This document shows positions 13,515 to 26,300 of a stretch of 64,000 nt of DNA, in pieces. Position 1 is the stretch's first letter. Every line of letters starts with the position of its first letter. Source of the stretch: Klebsormidium nitens (lineage: Eukaryota > Plantae > Klebsormidiophyceae); assembly GCA_000708835.1 (NCBI GenBank), contig DF236951.1, positions 372,101 to 436,100 of the forward strand, given 5' to 3'. Below the pieces are notes generated by a model, which searched no databases, was not told where the DNA came from, and saw only the letters and a list, made by a program, of their open reading frames with translations. Position numbers and translations under genes: made by a program.

Positions 13515-14836
13515 CTCCAAAAAATAGGTTTGACCGGCTAACGTTTGTGTAGCTTAGCCTTAAACACAATCGATTCAGGCCAACCAGCTATTGCCTGTAA
13601 GGCCCCAGTGTGCCCTACGCATGCTAGCAAACAGTGCCGGTGGGCAAACAGTATGCCGCAGCAGACACAATATCCATTTGCTGCCGCGCGTGGGAGCTGG
13701 CTAACGGTGTTAAACGGCCCTGTAGATTGGCCGAGAGATTAGTAACAATCGGGGCAGCAGTTGGCGCGGGGAATGCTCAGATTCGCCACTTGAAACTGGT
13801 TGAGGTGACGCATTTCAAGCACCCAAACGCACTCATCATCGACTTGGATGATTGGCAATCTGGCAAGCAGTTGGCACGTCCTTTCCAAATCAACAGCATA
13901 ACAACATACCGACCGTACCAGCCTGAACTTACGAGAAGACGGCCAGGATACCGTAATTAAGAGACTATGCAGTGCACGCCAGGTCGTTTCGCGCGCGGAC
14001 CGATTTATGGCGTGCAATTTGTTTCTTGTACCAGTCGATATGAACTACATCCAATCATGGCACCGTCTCAGGGCGGGCCAGCTAGGCAGGCAGCTTTCAA
14101 TGGGTAATTGTTGTGATCCGCCCGGACATGCATAGGTATGTCCGCGCATGCATCGAGCCTAGGTCATCGCCGGGCCCTCGTTTGCTAAGTTACTCAATGT
14201 TTCGGCTCTTAGCTGAACTGCCCATGAAAATTCTGCCAATCTGAGAGCTAGTCTATGACATAGATTAACACGTACAGCTTGTACAAGTAGTATGCATGAC
14301 TCTCGATCGAGATGCATATATACAAAAAATTAACCAGACATATATTTTAGTTCGGCAAAACATGCAGGAGCTAATATATGGTGGTTTTATGTCATGCTAG
14401 ATTACTACTATCATTGATTGTCATCTGAGTTGATTGCGCGGCTTGCGATGATATATTTCTTACGGCTAGGGTCAATCTGCAGAACGTGGGGCAGGCCGGG
14501 TGCAGTCACTGCTGCAAAGCTCAATGCGGCTTGACCATGCAATCGTCTGATGCTCTTAGAACAAAATTTGTTCAGTCCGGCCATGGTGTAGACGCGTTCT
14601 GCACAAGTAATTCAGCTTATTCGACCTTGCATAGGACCATGTCATCCGTGTTTGACTTCGCAGAAACAAGTGCAGTGGCTTGGGAAGCGTTGCATAGGCA
14701 TCCTGATCGAGCTAGCGAATGGTAAGCAACATCTTCCGTGCTCGACAAGGAAAACGAGGAAAAATACTTGCCTACTTACGCTTGAGAGCATTATGAATTG
14801 CATGATCGGATTGGCGTGCGTATCAACGTCTTACCC

Positions 14837-17800
14837 TTAGAGACGAAGTTGGGAGCTGACCATTGCACGTTGTCTTACCACTTTCGTGATCGCCTCCACA
14901 GCTTCTGCAACCGACCATATCCGACTGCCAAATAGTGCAGCCTCCTCTCCTTTGTGATCTTCGACCCAATCCTTGATCAGACCACCTATTAGCGCCCCGT
15001 TCTCCGTGCCCCGATCGACACTTCCGGGTGCTGATTCTCGTACACTAGCCTCGAGGGCACCGGCCGGAGACGCTGCCCCGGCCAGTGCTCTTTTCGGTAT
15101 TGACAAATCTCCTCCGCTCGCTTTCTGAACTGCCGCTTGTCCTGCCTCTTTCGACGACGAAACTTTGCCCGAGCCACTTGCAGACGAGTCGCTACTCTGT
15201 CTACTTTCCTTGGACCGGGCGTCGTCTAGTGATCCAGATCGGACGTCCGGAGACGCACTCGCTATGCTGTCCTGATCTCTTCTCGTCATTCTCGGACCAC
15301 TCGTGGAAGTTGCTGGAAATCCACTCAAAGCATCTACCGAATCCGGAGGCGCCTCTGACGAGCGGCTCGGCGAAGCGTCCCGCCGCGTTGCCCGCTTCCC
15401 CCGGATCATGAGCTCAGCCCACGTCACCATCACGGCCTTGGAAACGTCGTTCACGACCTTGCTGTCGACCCGGCCAGACCCGCAAACGGCATCCTGAAAG
15501 AGGTACGCAGATCCGAGTGAGAAAAGCCTAGCGAGCAACCTTGATAAAATCCTACATAGTTCCCCTCAGGTTCGAACCGTAACCTCAACTCAGTGATCCT
15601 CATTACCCCCTGGAGACCCTGAGCCTCAAAGAAGCTGATCGATGAGGTGCTACACACGCAGCGACAGGATGCGAACCCGACTTCGACAGTCAGTCCGTTT
15701 GTTGAATCTCAGGTTTACTCGACGCTTGAAACACCGGATCGCTGGGGATGTGACCAACACCGACTGGCACGAAACCTTTGCTTTGTGAACAAGCCGCGGG
15801 AATCGTTGATGGAAAGGTTCGGCACCCTTTGCAGATGAAGGACGTAAACGAGACCAAGCGCCAGGTGTGGGACCCGTACCGAAGCCAGCAGCCGCGAGAA
15901 AAACGGAACCAACGAATCTTCTGAAGAGAGCAGCAACCATGCGGGAGTCGGTGCGGGATCAATGTGAGAGTCAGAAACGGAGCGCGCTGCCGAATCGACG
16001 AAGCACTGGGGTCCACCATCAAGCCGCCCCGTTCGATAGAACGACCGTGAGGAGCTAAGCAGGGACTAAACAGACAAGCAATCTGAACGGAAGCTGCTCA
16101 AAACAAAGTTCGAGATTGTGTACCTGAAGGGTTGATGCGTTGTCGACGAACTGGAAGTGCCCGGCCTCTCGAATGACCACCTCCCAAGAGGGCGACGAGC
16201 TGGCGTTGTAGAATTGCCTGCAGGACGTGCACAGGGTTTAGAGACGAAGGGGGATGTCATTGCTGTCTGGAAGGAGTCACAAACGCTTACATGCGCTCTT
16301 TCTTCTGAATTGGGTTGCGGCGAGGCGTCAGGCGAGACCGATACAACCAGACAATCTATAGAACAAGGAACGAAAAAACGCGTGAAGGGCTTCCACGAAA
16401 ATCGCATAGAATCTGCGGTGCGTCGCTTGGAGCTTGATTGTGTTTCGTGCCCCTCTAGCGCACCAATCGCAGGGCTGCGGTTGACGTTGGCTGTCAACAA
16501 GCTTGGCTACGACTTCGAGCTGCTGAAGTCGTCCTCTTGTTGCCAGTTATCCACACGGCATCCGCATCCGCAACTCTCAAACTTTGGCAGCCTACGAAGT
16601 CAGCCCTGGTGTCTCTGAAAGCATCCTGAAACCGGTCTTGAAACACGCCTCACCGGTAGTTCGCGTCAGGGGGTGCGCAGTCGCCCCCAAACGCCCCCCC
16701 TACGATGGCAATCGGCAGCGAGGCGGCGAGGTACCGCCCCTTGACGAGCACCGTCTTGGGCCCCGCTGGGCCTCGGATGGATTCCGTTCCGTCCCGGCCG
16801 ACTCGCAGGGCAGCCACAGCGGACGGATAGCCGGGGGCGAGGGGAGCGTATACTGCACGGGGAGCATATAACGAAGTGAAGGACTCATTCAGAAAGATGG
16901 CAGAAGCTTTTGTCCCTCTCTTTTCAGGATCGACGTCGATCGTCCATGAAGTGCCGCCAAACCACGAAGCGTAAAAGTCCTTTTGCAAGCACGATGCTGG
17001 CATTTCATCGACCGAAAGGCACGGGAGGCCAGGGTGATCTTCCAGTGAGCGCAGTCGAAGAGTTAGTGCGGAATGAATGGAACTGGACAGCGAAAAGTCG
17101 AGAGGACGTCCGCTGGCAGTGGAAATAATCGCGGGTTTCCGTTTTACAAAGCCATGTCATTGTGCGCCTTGTGGCGTCCACTGTACGAAACCCTATTAAA
17201 GGTAGCTCATTGGTACGCGCGTTGTGTATGTTCCGATAGCCTGGCCGGCGCTTATTGCAACATACTAGCTGTTCGAAATAAGACTTTTGTGTGCTGATGT
17301 CATCCACAGAATCTGGCTGACGTCATTCTCTAAATCTGGCTGACTTCTTCCACCAAGGGATACGTACCCGTGTTGTCGACCGGGTCCAGCAGGCACAGCG
17401 CAGCCACCCGTTGATCCTGTGCGGCCGCGAGCACGCTGATCTTACCTGTGACACAACGATGCTGACGTCACAATGAATAGCAATCTCTCGTCTGGCGATT
17501 CAGCGGGAGACCTTTTCTAAAATTGAAGCTGACATAGGATGCAAGTCCCAGACGAGGTAATAAGGAGACGGAGGGGATGCAACAAGGGGATACCAATCAC
17601 GAGGGGCCGCGACCCTCCAATTTGAATCTATTTAGAAAACCAAAAGTACTAAGAACCAGCAAGGCGGGCAAATGCGCCAACAAAATCACCAAATCTTCCT
17701 CAACAATGGTTCATGCGGGACTGCGGACGTTACAGTCCGCAAAGATGCCGGACGTACCAACGAGCCATTGCTTCCTCGAGGTCACAAGGCCTTGAACTCC

Positions 17801-20800
17801 ATAAATCCCCCTTGCTCGAGCAAGCTCTCCGTCATGCAAAGTGGGCAGCTTACGACGGCGCCGCACAGCTTGACTAATTCTGCAGACAGTGTCCACATCT
17901 TTTGGAATGATTCAGTCGGCCAGAGAACCTCGGGAATGAACGTGAGTGCCGAGTGACGTGGCTCACCGCCTCTGGAGTGTCCGCAGAGATAGACCCGCCT
18001 GGTGTCAATCTTGGACTTGAGGATGCGACTGCAGGCGGAGAAAAGCCGACAAAGTGTCAATGTCTTAAGGTTCCCCGTCGACCGATACGGGTGAGCGCTC
18101 ATCTGCGGTCCTCAGCAGGCGGAACGCACAATTTCCAAATGGCTGAGGGACAAGCGGCGAGGCTGTCGCTATCGTCCATCTTGTCAACGTCAACAGATTG
18201 ACGGCTCCGACCTGCTCTTTCCAGCCCAAGAGCGGGGGTCAAGCTTACGAGTCTGGTCCTGGTCGCTAACACCTAACGCCCAAATGCACTTTCAGACTGG
18301 CTTCATTAGGTGAAGATCGGACGGCTGTGACAGCGTTTCGGCCATCTCAGAATTGTTCCCTTCGCCTGTCAGGGCCAATGAGAACGCTTGCTTCGATCAC
18401 GTGGTATTAAATGTACAGACCTAGTACAGGTCTCAGCTGGAGCGGTAGTGTACAAAGGTGTACGCGGACTGGGGATGCGAAGCTGGCGAGCCTAGCAGTT
18501 TTCGGTCGACGCAGAACCTAAGGAGCGCCTTGGCAACTCGGACTGTGCTTGTGGGCATAAGCTGACCGGTGCAATTGTTGCCGCAACAAGAGAAAGTTGC
18601 CGGTTGATTTACAAGGTCGTTTACTGCATCTTGGATCCTACCCTTGACCCAATATTGCAAAGGTTGGAGACCTAAACGCCTCGAGAAGGACCTGACGTCT
18701 ACTTTGATATTTCTGCTTTTCTTTCCAAAGGCAACATTCACAGCAACTAAGACACACCAGTTTCTTCTTTTCCTGCTTACCATCTCGAACCAGGACGTTC
18801 AAATTTTCCTATCGAATAGAAGGTCGTAGATGAAACCTCAGTAGAATAGTAGAACCAGTTTCGTGTTTTCCTTCGTAATAAGAACTTCCTATGAGACGGA
18901 GAAGAGGTACAAAAGCGGAATGGTGTCGACAGCTGACCTCTGCTCGGCCCAGGTTATGAGCTCACTGATGAAGCGAGCGGAGAGAACGTCATCCAAGGGG
19001 CCAGTCAGCCCTTCGGCCTGCATACATTCAAAAGCATGGCTGATGAAATACTCCGATTAGAAACGAAGACGGAAACTTCACGGCACACTCGGATCACTCA
19101 CTGCTGGGGCTGATCATCACAGCAGTCTCTATTGTTTTCAAGTCACGCTTCACAGGCGGAAAAGTCTTTACATTCGTGCCAGCAGAGACCGTGATGCAAG
19201 CGATGAAGAGACGTTGCAAGATGCGCTCCGTGGACGAGAAAACCAGGAGAAGCGTTGAGGCCGTGGCTGACGACATCACCGCACGCCAATACCAAATGGA
19301 GGGGCAACTTCGGAAGACTCGGAAAAAACCGGACGAAATTTGATTTCTTTCTTTGAACCGCGAGGTTCCATGTACAGAAGGGCATCTTCAATTCACATTG
19401 CGATGTGAGAGGATATGCAGGAGAGAAAGGGAAGACACTCAGAGTAACAAAGTAACACCGAACGAGCAGGGTACCTTGTTGTAGGTCAGTACGACATAGC
19501 CCCAGCTGGCCAGTCTGTCTGCGTAGCTCTGGTACTGGTCGGAACTGACAAGGAAACCGCCTGAGAAAATGGCAAGGGGGTATGGCTGCATGCAAAGGGA
19601 GAAGTTTTAATTTCGTGCTGTGCAGTCTACGAAAGGGGGGGATGATGCCAATGTCAGATGAGCGTTTACCAAGACTGTGCTTCAAAATTCCAAAACTTTA
19701 GTAAGACAGTCATTTCACCGTGACTGATCAGAACTGACTTTGTAGGGTGACCCTTATGAAGCAGGGGCATGGGCTTGGCGCTTGATGCAAACCAGGTCCT
19801 AAAAAACTGCGAGGAACCTCCTTTCATAAGTGAGACGCATATTGATGTTCCTCGGTGTTTCCTTGCGTTTCCTCAGCTTCCTATATGGAGCTGGAAAGAT
19901 GAGCATTAGAAGCCTCATTAAGTGTCAGGATGAGGTTGACAGCCACCAGAAAGTATATTGAAGCATATCTTCCCAAGGAAAAGTCATTTACCACTAGCCC
20001 CTCCACTGACATGCTCTCCATCATATAATACTTCTCAAGCTGACTGCGTTGTACAAACGTTGTTGTACAAGTACAAAGCTTGAACTGTCCGGCGCGCTCA
20101 CTTCATGTCCTGAGCGCCCATTGCCTGGGTAAGTGACCTTGATCCGCAGCAAGCACCCCCCTGCACATTGCTTAATCACCGAGTTACTGTTCTGCCTCTC
20201 TTGCATAAGGTGAAGCTCAAGTGGAAGCAATTGCAAGCTTGTGCTTGTGACTAGCATCAGTGGTGGTGGTAAGCCCGCTTTCTGATACTCCCTTTTCTCA
20301 AGCTTTCACAAACACCAAAAGTTCAGGGGCTGAGATATTCCTACGTGATACCTGTCCCACCTGCCTGCAAACCAGAACCAAAATGACCTGATGAAAGCAA
20401 CTGAAGCCTTTGATATGGGCAGTACTTTTCTTTACACCAGTGCACGTACACAGGAAAGAAGCAGCCACTTGGCTCACCATCAACACATTGAGGGTAGCAA
20501 TTGGCGCAGGTGTGCTCAAGAACTGTCGGCAGCGTTCTGATGTCATATGGCCCTGCTTTTGTGTAGTCGACCAGCAGGTCTTGGCTGCCAACCTCTTTAC
20601 GGACTTTCTCAGCATTGCGCTCCCGAATCACTTCTGCCGGCTGCTTCTCTTCCTCTGGTTCAGCTTCAGAAGATCCTGCCGCCACCAGCGATAGGATGCT
20701 AGCCCCAAGGGTCAGCATTAGCTGCCTTTTGCTCAAAGTTTGCAGGTTCCGAAGCCCCAGCATGGAATCATGTTGTTTCTGAGACTGCTCTTTGTTGTGC

Positions 20801-21222
20801 TCCAAGCAGAATAGAGCATTCTGGTGGCTACACTTGCATCTTTCTCGACACCGCCCATCCCCAGGACTCAGCTTCAGTCTATCAATTGAAGCTTTCCTGA
20901 TGACCTTGTCCTCTTTCCTACACCAGGGAAGCTGCATGGAAAGTCTGGGGCTTTGCAGGCAACACCGCTGACCGCCAACGGGGTCAACTGGTCGAGCACC
21001 AATCTGTTTTCGTTGAGTACAAGGACAGCATTCCCTGGCATTGGCATGACTGCCCGCTTCTAACCTCGTCCAATGCTGCCAATTGGCCGGCGTTCTTCGC
21101 AGGAGGGACGACATGGGCGCAACAAAGGCTTGTATCAGACACCTCTCTTCCAAAATTCTTCCAATTTCTAGTGAATGACAGATCGACTTGAAGGCCCAGG
21201 AAAGGCCTTCACACTTCGCCAC
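14837..21222 (-). CDS. Chlorophyllase-like alpha/beta hydrolase with bipartite plastid/thylakoid-lumen targeting; 9 exons
   Basis: Exons join in phase: 21222-20475, 20160-20102, ~19585-19475 (PYPLAIFSGGFLVSSDQYQSYADRLASWGY), ~19012-18934, ~18028-17966 (VYLCGHSRG), ~17446-17369 (GKISVLAAAQDQRVAALCLLDPVDNT), ~16860-16654 (VYAPLAPGYPSA..GGDCAPPDANY), 16217-16124 (WEVVIREAGHFQFVD), 15493-14837. The Ser-Asp-His triad motifs GHSRGG / DPVD / GHFQF are present. The start could also be the Met near 21114. Confidence 0.8.
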
Positions 21223-23302
21223 AGTTGACGGAAATTTATCCGGACTGCTCGAGGTGTGCGCTTTTAACCATGTGCAACAGGCAATTTATGCAATGGTAGT
21301 ATATTTGCAAAGCGACTACAGAGTGTATAGGGCGATTTTTAACGCGGAGATAGTGCTCGTAGAAAATAGCGTTATATTCAAAATATGTGCAGATATGTCA
21401 TCGAATTTCTTTCATACAGCTAGCTTCTGATCACATATGCATTCAATGGACGAGTTGGTATGATGGTACCTGATGGTAGGAACCGTTTTGATGCAGCATG
21501 TCCCGAACCTGGATGTAGTGGTTAGCTTTGGATCGTTAGCGTTGTTTGTAGGTATGTCTCCTTGCGAACTTGGCATATGTTTTGCCAATGTATTGTCGCA
21601 CGCCCCATGCCTTTGATGCGCACGGGCTATAAGAGAAGTGTCCATGGTACCCGAGATTGCTGAACTTGATTACCCAGGCCATGCTTCAACCCTTCCGAAT
21701 CTCAAATTCTGGCTCTTCTGATGAGATGTTTCTTAGCTCGACGCAAGGCTTCCCATGCGTGTAATCACTTGCTGAAGACTTGCTGCTACATGACCAGTAC
21801 ATTGGTGGGGCAATCGTACGCGAAGAGTGGGCATCTGGGCATGCCTAAGTTGGCCGCTTGCAAGGCTTCCGCCTCACTGTGCAGGCCCGTTCTATGGAAC
21901 CACTAATCCCAGTCATCAACCGAAGTGCTTTGAACTCTTTCATTTCTGCACCATGTAAAGTTCGTGTGAATCGATTCGCTCAGTGCTAGTGGCAGTGCGG
22001 AGAATTGAACTATATTGAGATCCACCTGATGGGGGGGTGCATCATAGAGACGAGACTGCAACAAGAGAGGCGCAAGACCAAATCAAAAGGTTCAAATGTC
22101 GAAATGTACCTGGTCCTTGGTGGTGGGAAACCCAGTTGAGCTCACCAGCAAGGAGCCAAACTATCTCGATGATGGGGCCAGCCTTATTCTCTGGCTAGAA
22201 TCCTCGAAATGTTTTGAGCGGCTCAGCGTTGCGCTGGTCGAGTTCTCCAAGCTTTCTAAGAACTGCGCATATGCGAAGCACATCAGCCAGCTCATAGGGT
22301 GTAGGCATCGGCTCATCTGTCGTGGAAACGAATCTGTTCGATCAGGTCTACCATGTTATGCCCTCCGACATCCCTCAGGGTCTGTACGAACTTTTCAAGC
22401 GGTAATCATCGGCTGCAAGCCTACGATTGAGTGCCTGGTAACGTTGCTTAGCCTGGTCGTTGAGTTTTTTGTTCTGACGAGGAAGATGAGCTCGCTTTGG
22501 ATTTCCAGTGCGCGCAGGTTATCTTACTTTTCTTGATGGGGCCGTGTTCGTACGAAGCTGAGGTTGCTTGTTCATCAACGAAAACCCCAAACATTCAGAC
22601 TTTTGCTTCGCGTTCGAGAGCCAGCATTCATTATTCCTAGTCGGCTCGTACTATGCTAGCCATGCACGATTCAGCAACTTGACGTGTCCGCACAATGCAA
22701 CGGACCAAAAACCAACCGCTATCCACGCATACAGCAGATCATTCATATGGCAGTAATCTGCAGTGACATTGGCACATGTGTGGCGCGGCGGCGCGAACAA
22801 TATCTGGCCCGTCATCGTTGAAACAATCGACTCGCTGGCGGGCCCGACTTACGAAATTCTTCCTTTGACCACGAAGAGTGATCATACAGGGATCATACGT
22901 TCCAACGGCAGTCGCTAGCTAGTCCACGAGGACACGTCCCTGAGATCAAGTCAGAATACAAGCACGTAACTTCTTTGTGTCAGAGTCGACAAGGTTCTGA
23001 ACCCTGAAGGCTGAAGCAAGAAAAAGATCATGGCCATTTCTTGTAATCAGCAGACCCGCTGATCAGTACCTACATGGTGCTAGGGCTTGAACCAGACCAT
23101 ATTTCATGCACTTACCCTTGTGACCTCAGTTAGCGTTACACCGCTTTCCTACCAAGCAGGTGATAAATTCATCGTGACTTAGTGTACCTAATTGGACACT
23201 ACGATCCCGGACTTTCTTGCGCATCTTCAGCAGTCAGTAATTATTGAGCATGCACAGAAGGGCCCCGGTTTGCCATCGGGGTGAATCCGTGACTCATTGG
23301 CG

Positions 23303-26300
23303 CTACTCTCCGAACGGGAACGTCTCCGGCGGTTCGTCCTTGGGCATGGTCCATTTTTCGCCCCACTCAAGGGGCTCCAGGGCGCGGGTCCAGTCCAGAT
23401 GAATGACACGATTGAATTGCTGGGCGACCTGCCAAGGAGCAGATAATACGAGCTTTTTTTACACAAACGCAATTACTTTTGCTGGGCCACATAGAATGGT
23501 TGATCAGGAAAACTGAGTAAGATATCCCGTGCGCATGGGGAAGGGACCTTCGCTAGCCACTTCGGAAGAAACTCGTACGAAAAGATCGGCGTCAGAGACG
23601 GAGCATGATCCACAGCCGAGGGGAAGCCGGATAAGAAGCCCGGCAAATCCAGACGGATAGCTGCTGCCAAAGTCGGGAAACTTTTCCCGATCGATTTGGT
23701 AAACCTTGAAAGACGAGGACGTCTTCTGGTTGAACGTCATGTAAGAGGACACAAAGCTGCAAGCAGAAAGTAAAAGAGGGGCGCTCTTCCTGTGGATCCT
23801 GCTTCCGTCTGACCAGCTCTGCTGGCGGCTGGTGATTGTTTGAACATTGAAAATCTCTTCGACAGGTGCTGAGAAAATTACTCCGAAGTTCTCGTAAGGT
23901 CGGGCGCAGAGAACAGGTCGTCTAACGCTGTCAGACGCTGCCGCATCCAAACAGGGATCCGTGAATAAAGTTCGTTTAAATTTCTGCGTGTTCAGTCCTT
24001 TCAGTTCTCTTCTTACCCTGTCAATGCGCAAAGACCAGTCTGCGCCCTCGCACGGCAAACGCTTCATAAGTCGAACGGACGAAACCTCCCCTGACAGCAA
24101 AGTCGAATGCCACAGCTCAAGAACTAGTAAGAGGTGGGCGGTTGAGCATCCCCGGTCACTCACCCGTGCCTGGAAGTAGTGGCTGAAGCGCTCGGTGTCA
24201 GCCCGGTAAATGACCCCGATCGCACGCTCCAGGAGCTCCAGGTGCTTCGGCACGTGATTGCTCACATCAAGCAGGAAGCGAGACGGCGACACCTGGCAGA
24301 ATGTCGAAAGATTGGTATGGTCAGGGAGCCGCTTCGGAAACGTCCCGGGGGTTGGAAAAGGGGTCTCGAAGGTGAGTAACTGAGTCCAGTTACAGAAAGT
24401 ATTTCAGCGCTTCAGGGATCACTGTGTGGTGCAACGTTTTCAAAACGGTTGAAACGACGACTTATTCCCCCAACTTAAAAACTTGATTGAGGGTTTTGGA
24501 GAAGGACCCACCTTGTGAAAGAGCCGCTCGAAGCTCCCGGCCATGCCCTGGTTGACCTTCATGCAGTGTGCGGGCTCGCCCCAATCATAGGCCGCCGTCA
24601 CCGTCCCCGTATACGTGCTGCATACGCAGGGTACCGGGAACGGGCGTCACGTCGGGCGCTACAGTTAATGATCTGGGGTCCGCTTGACTCAACTAAAAGT
24701 TGCTGGACAGGTTCGATCAGACTCGGTGATTTACCTTTTCGCCAAAAGTCTGCAGAATGACATTAGGTAAGCCTATTTTGCCCTTGCATAGTAGCCTCCT
24801 TCCTGCAACCTTGAAAATCCCATAACGTTCCTTCTCCTGGAAAGAAATTCATCCATAGAAGCGCGACCTTTAGTTGCTTTCCAAACCGAATCTGGGGGTC
24901 ATGATGCAGACTCAATTTACTTTCAAACAGTAGCCGTGCGCGCACCTGAAGCCGATGTTGAACGCCTTTTCCTTGTAGTGCTCGCGCACGAGCTGGCCCA
25001 CGTTGAGCTCCTTGCGGCGCCAGCTCATGTCCGTCGCGCGCGCGTCGCCCAGGTGCGAGTTGTGCGCCCACACCACCGTGCGTGCAGGGCTGCCGCTCAG
25101 CCGCTCGCAGTGCGCGATCAGCGCTGCAAGAGAAGGACGAAGTTGAGGGAAGAAACGAGAGGAAGAAAGAATATTGCTGTTGCAAAAGAAGGATTCATTG
25201 CGCTCGAGTAACATTTCGAGGAATCAACACAATCCGGAGAGTTTGGGGCATAGAGGATCGGCAAAATCCGCAGCAAGTCAGTCACGCAATCAGTACTCCC
25301 CCTGAGAAGATCAAAGTCAGATCCCAACCAGCAATGCTGATGTTTCTCTGCTACGAATTATGGAAGGGGGGCAAGTCAGTAGAGGCAAACTGAACCATCT
25401 TTGAAAAAGTTCTTTGGTCGGAAGAAAGCAGAACGCAAATCGCTGAGATCAGGGCGCTAGTCAGGGGACCATCTTCAGGTTAATGGAAGGAAGTAAGAGG
25501 TTGTCAACCTGAAAGTGGACCGATCGAGAATTCGTAACCGGACTCATTGAGCCCTGTAGATTCCAGGAGCCCGTTTATGCTGTTGCTGTTGCTCGTGAAG
25601 AAGGTGCGTTGACGGGGCGTTAAGAACCCAAGTCATCGACAACGTGTTCGAGATTTCAGAATCTCGCTCAATGCCTTCAGCAGCAGACTGTGGATCGTAC
25701 TGAATTTCCAGATCTCTGATCGTTCAACCGTTCAGGGTCGCCCGCGTCATACCAAGCAAGTAGTCACAAGATGGGAATTGATGACGAAGTGCAAATTCTT
25801 ACCTTTGAGCGTGTTGAACATGTGCTTGTCCCGGAGGTTCCAGCTCATGTCACGTGCCCGGTACATCGACCGGTAGTACTGCTCCGCGTCTTTCACCACG
25901 AGGGCATTCTGCAGCGGAGAAGCGGCAGCACTTCTTGATCTGAAACCAATTAAAGTTAGTACATTCTTGAGACGGATGAATTTCACGAAACCAGATGCCG
26001 AAAGGAAGTGAAGAAATCAGAAGGCACGCACGTCAAAACCGGAAGGGCCTGCCAGAATATATACGTAAGCCTTTGATCTGTGGATCAATCTGGCCTCTGA
26101 TTTATCTGTATTTCACACTCAACTCAAACCCAAATTCACTTTCCCCACACTTTTTGCCAGCCGCTTTAACACTGCGAAGCGAGAATAGACTTCCTGAACT
26201 AAAAATGGAGTGTATTCCACCTAACAGCTCCCTCCCTGGCCCTGGACCCAAAGTCGTAGTCATCAGTCCCTTCGGACCCCCATAACGGCTCCCCCGCTTA

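Noticed and set aside
13590-13960. ORF with ISICCRAWELA..IRHLKL resembling the end of an F-box
   Set aside because: The similarity is a few residues and the upstream frame is broken; it cannot be supported without a search.
22096-22540. Protein-like minus-strand fragments (LEKFVQTLRDVGGHNMVDLIEQIRFHDR*) and a 146-aa plus-strand ORF
   Set aside because: Multiple stops, no recognisable motif and no splice-consistent structure.
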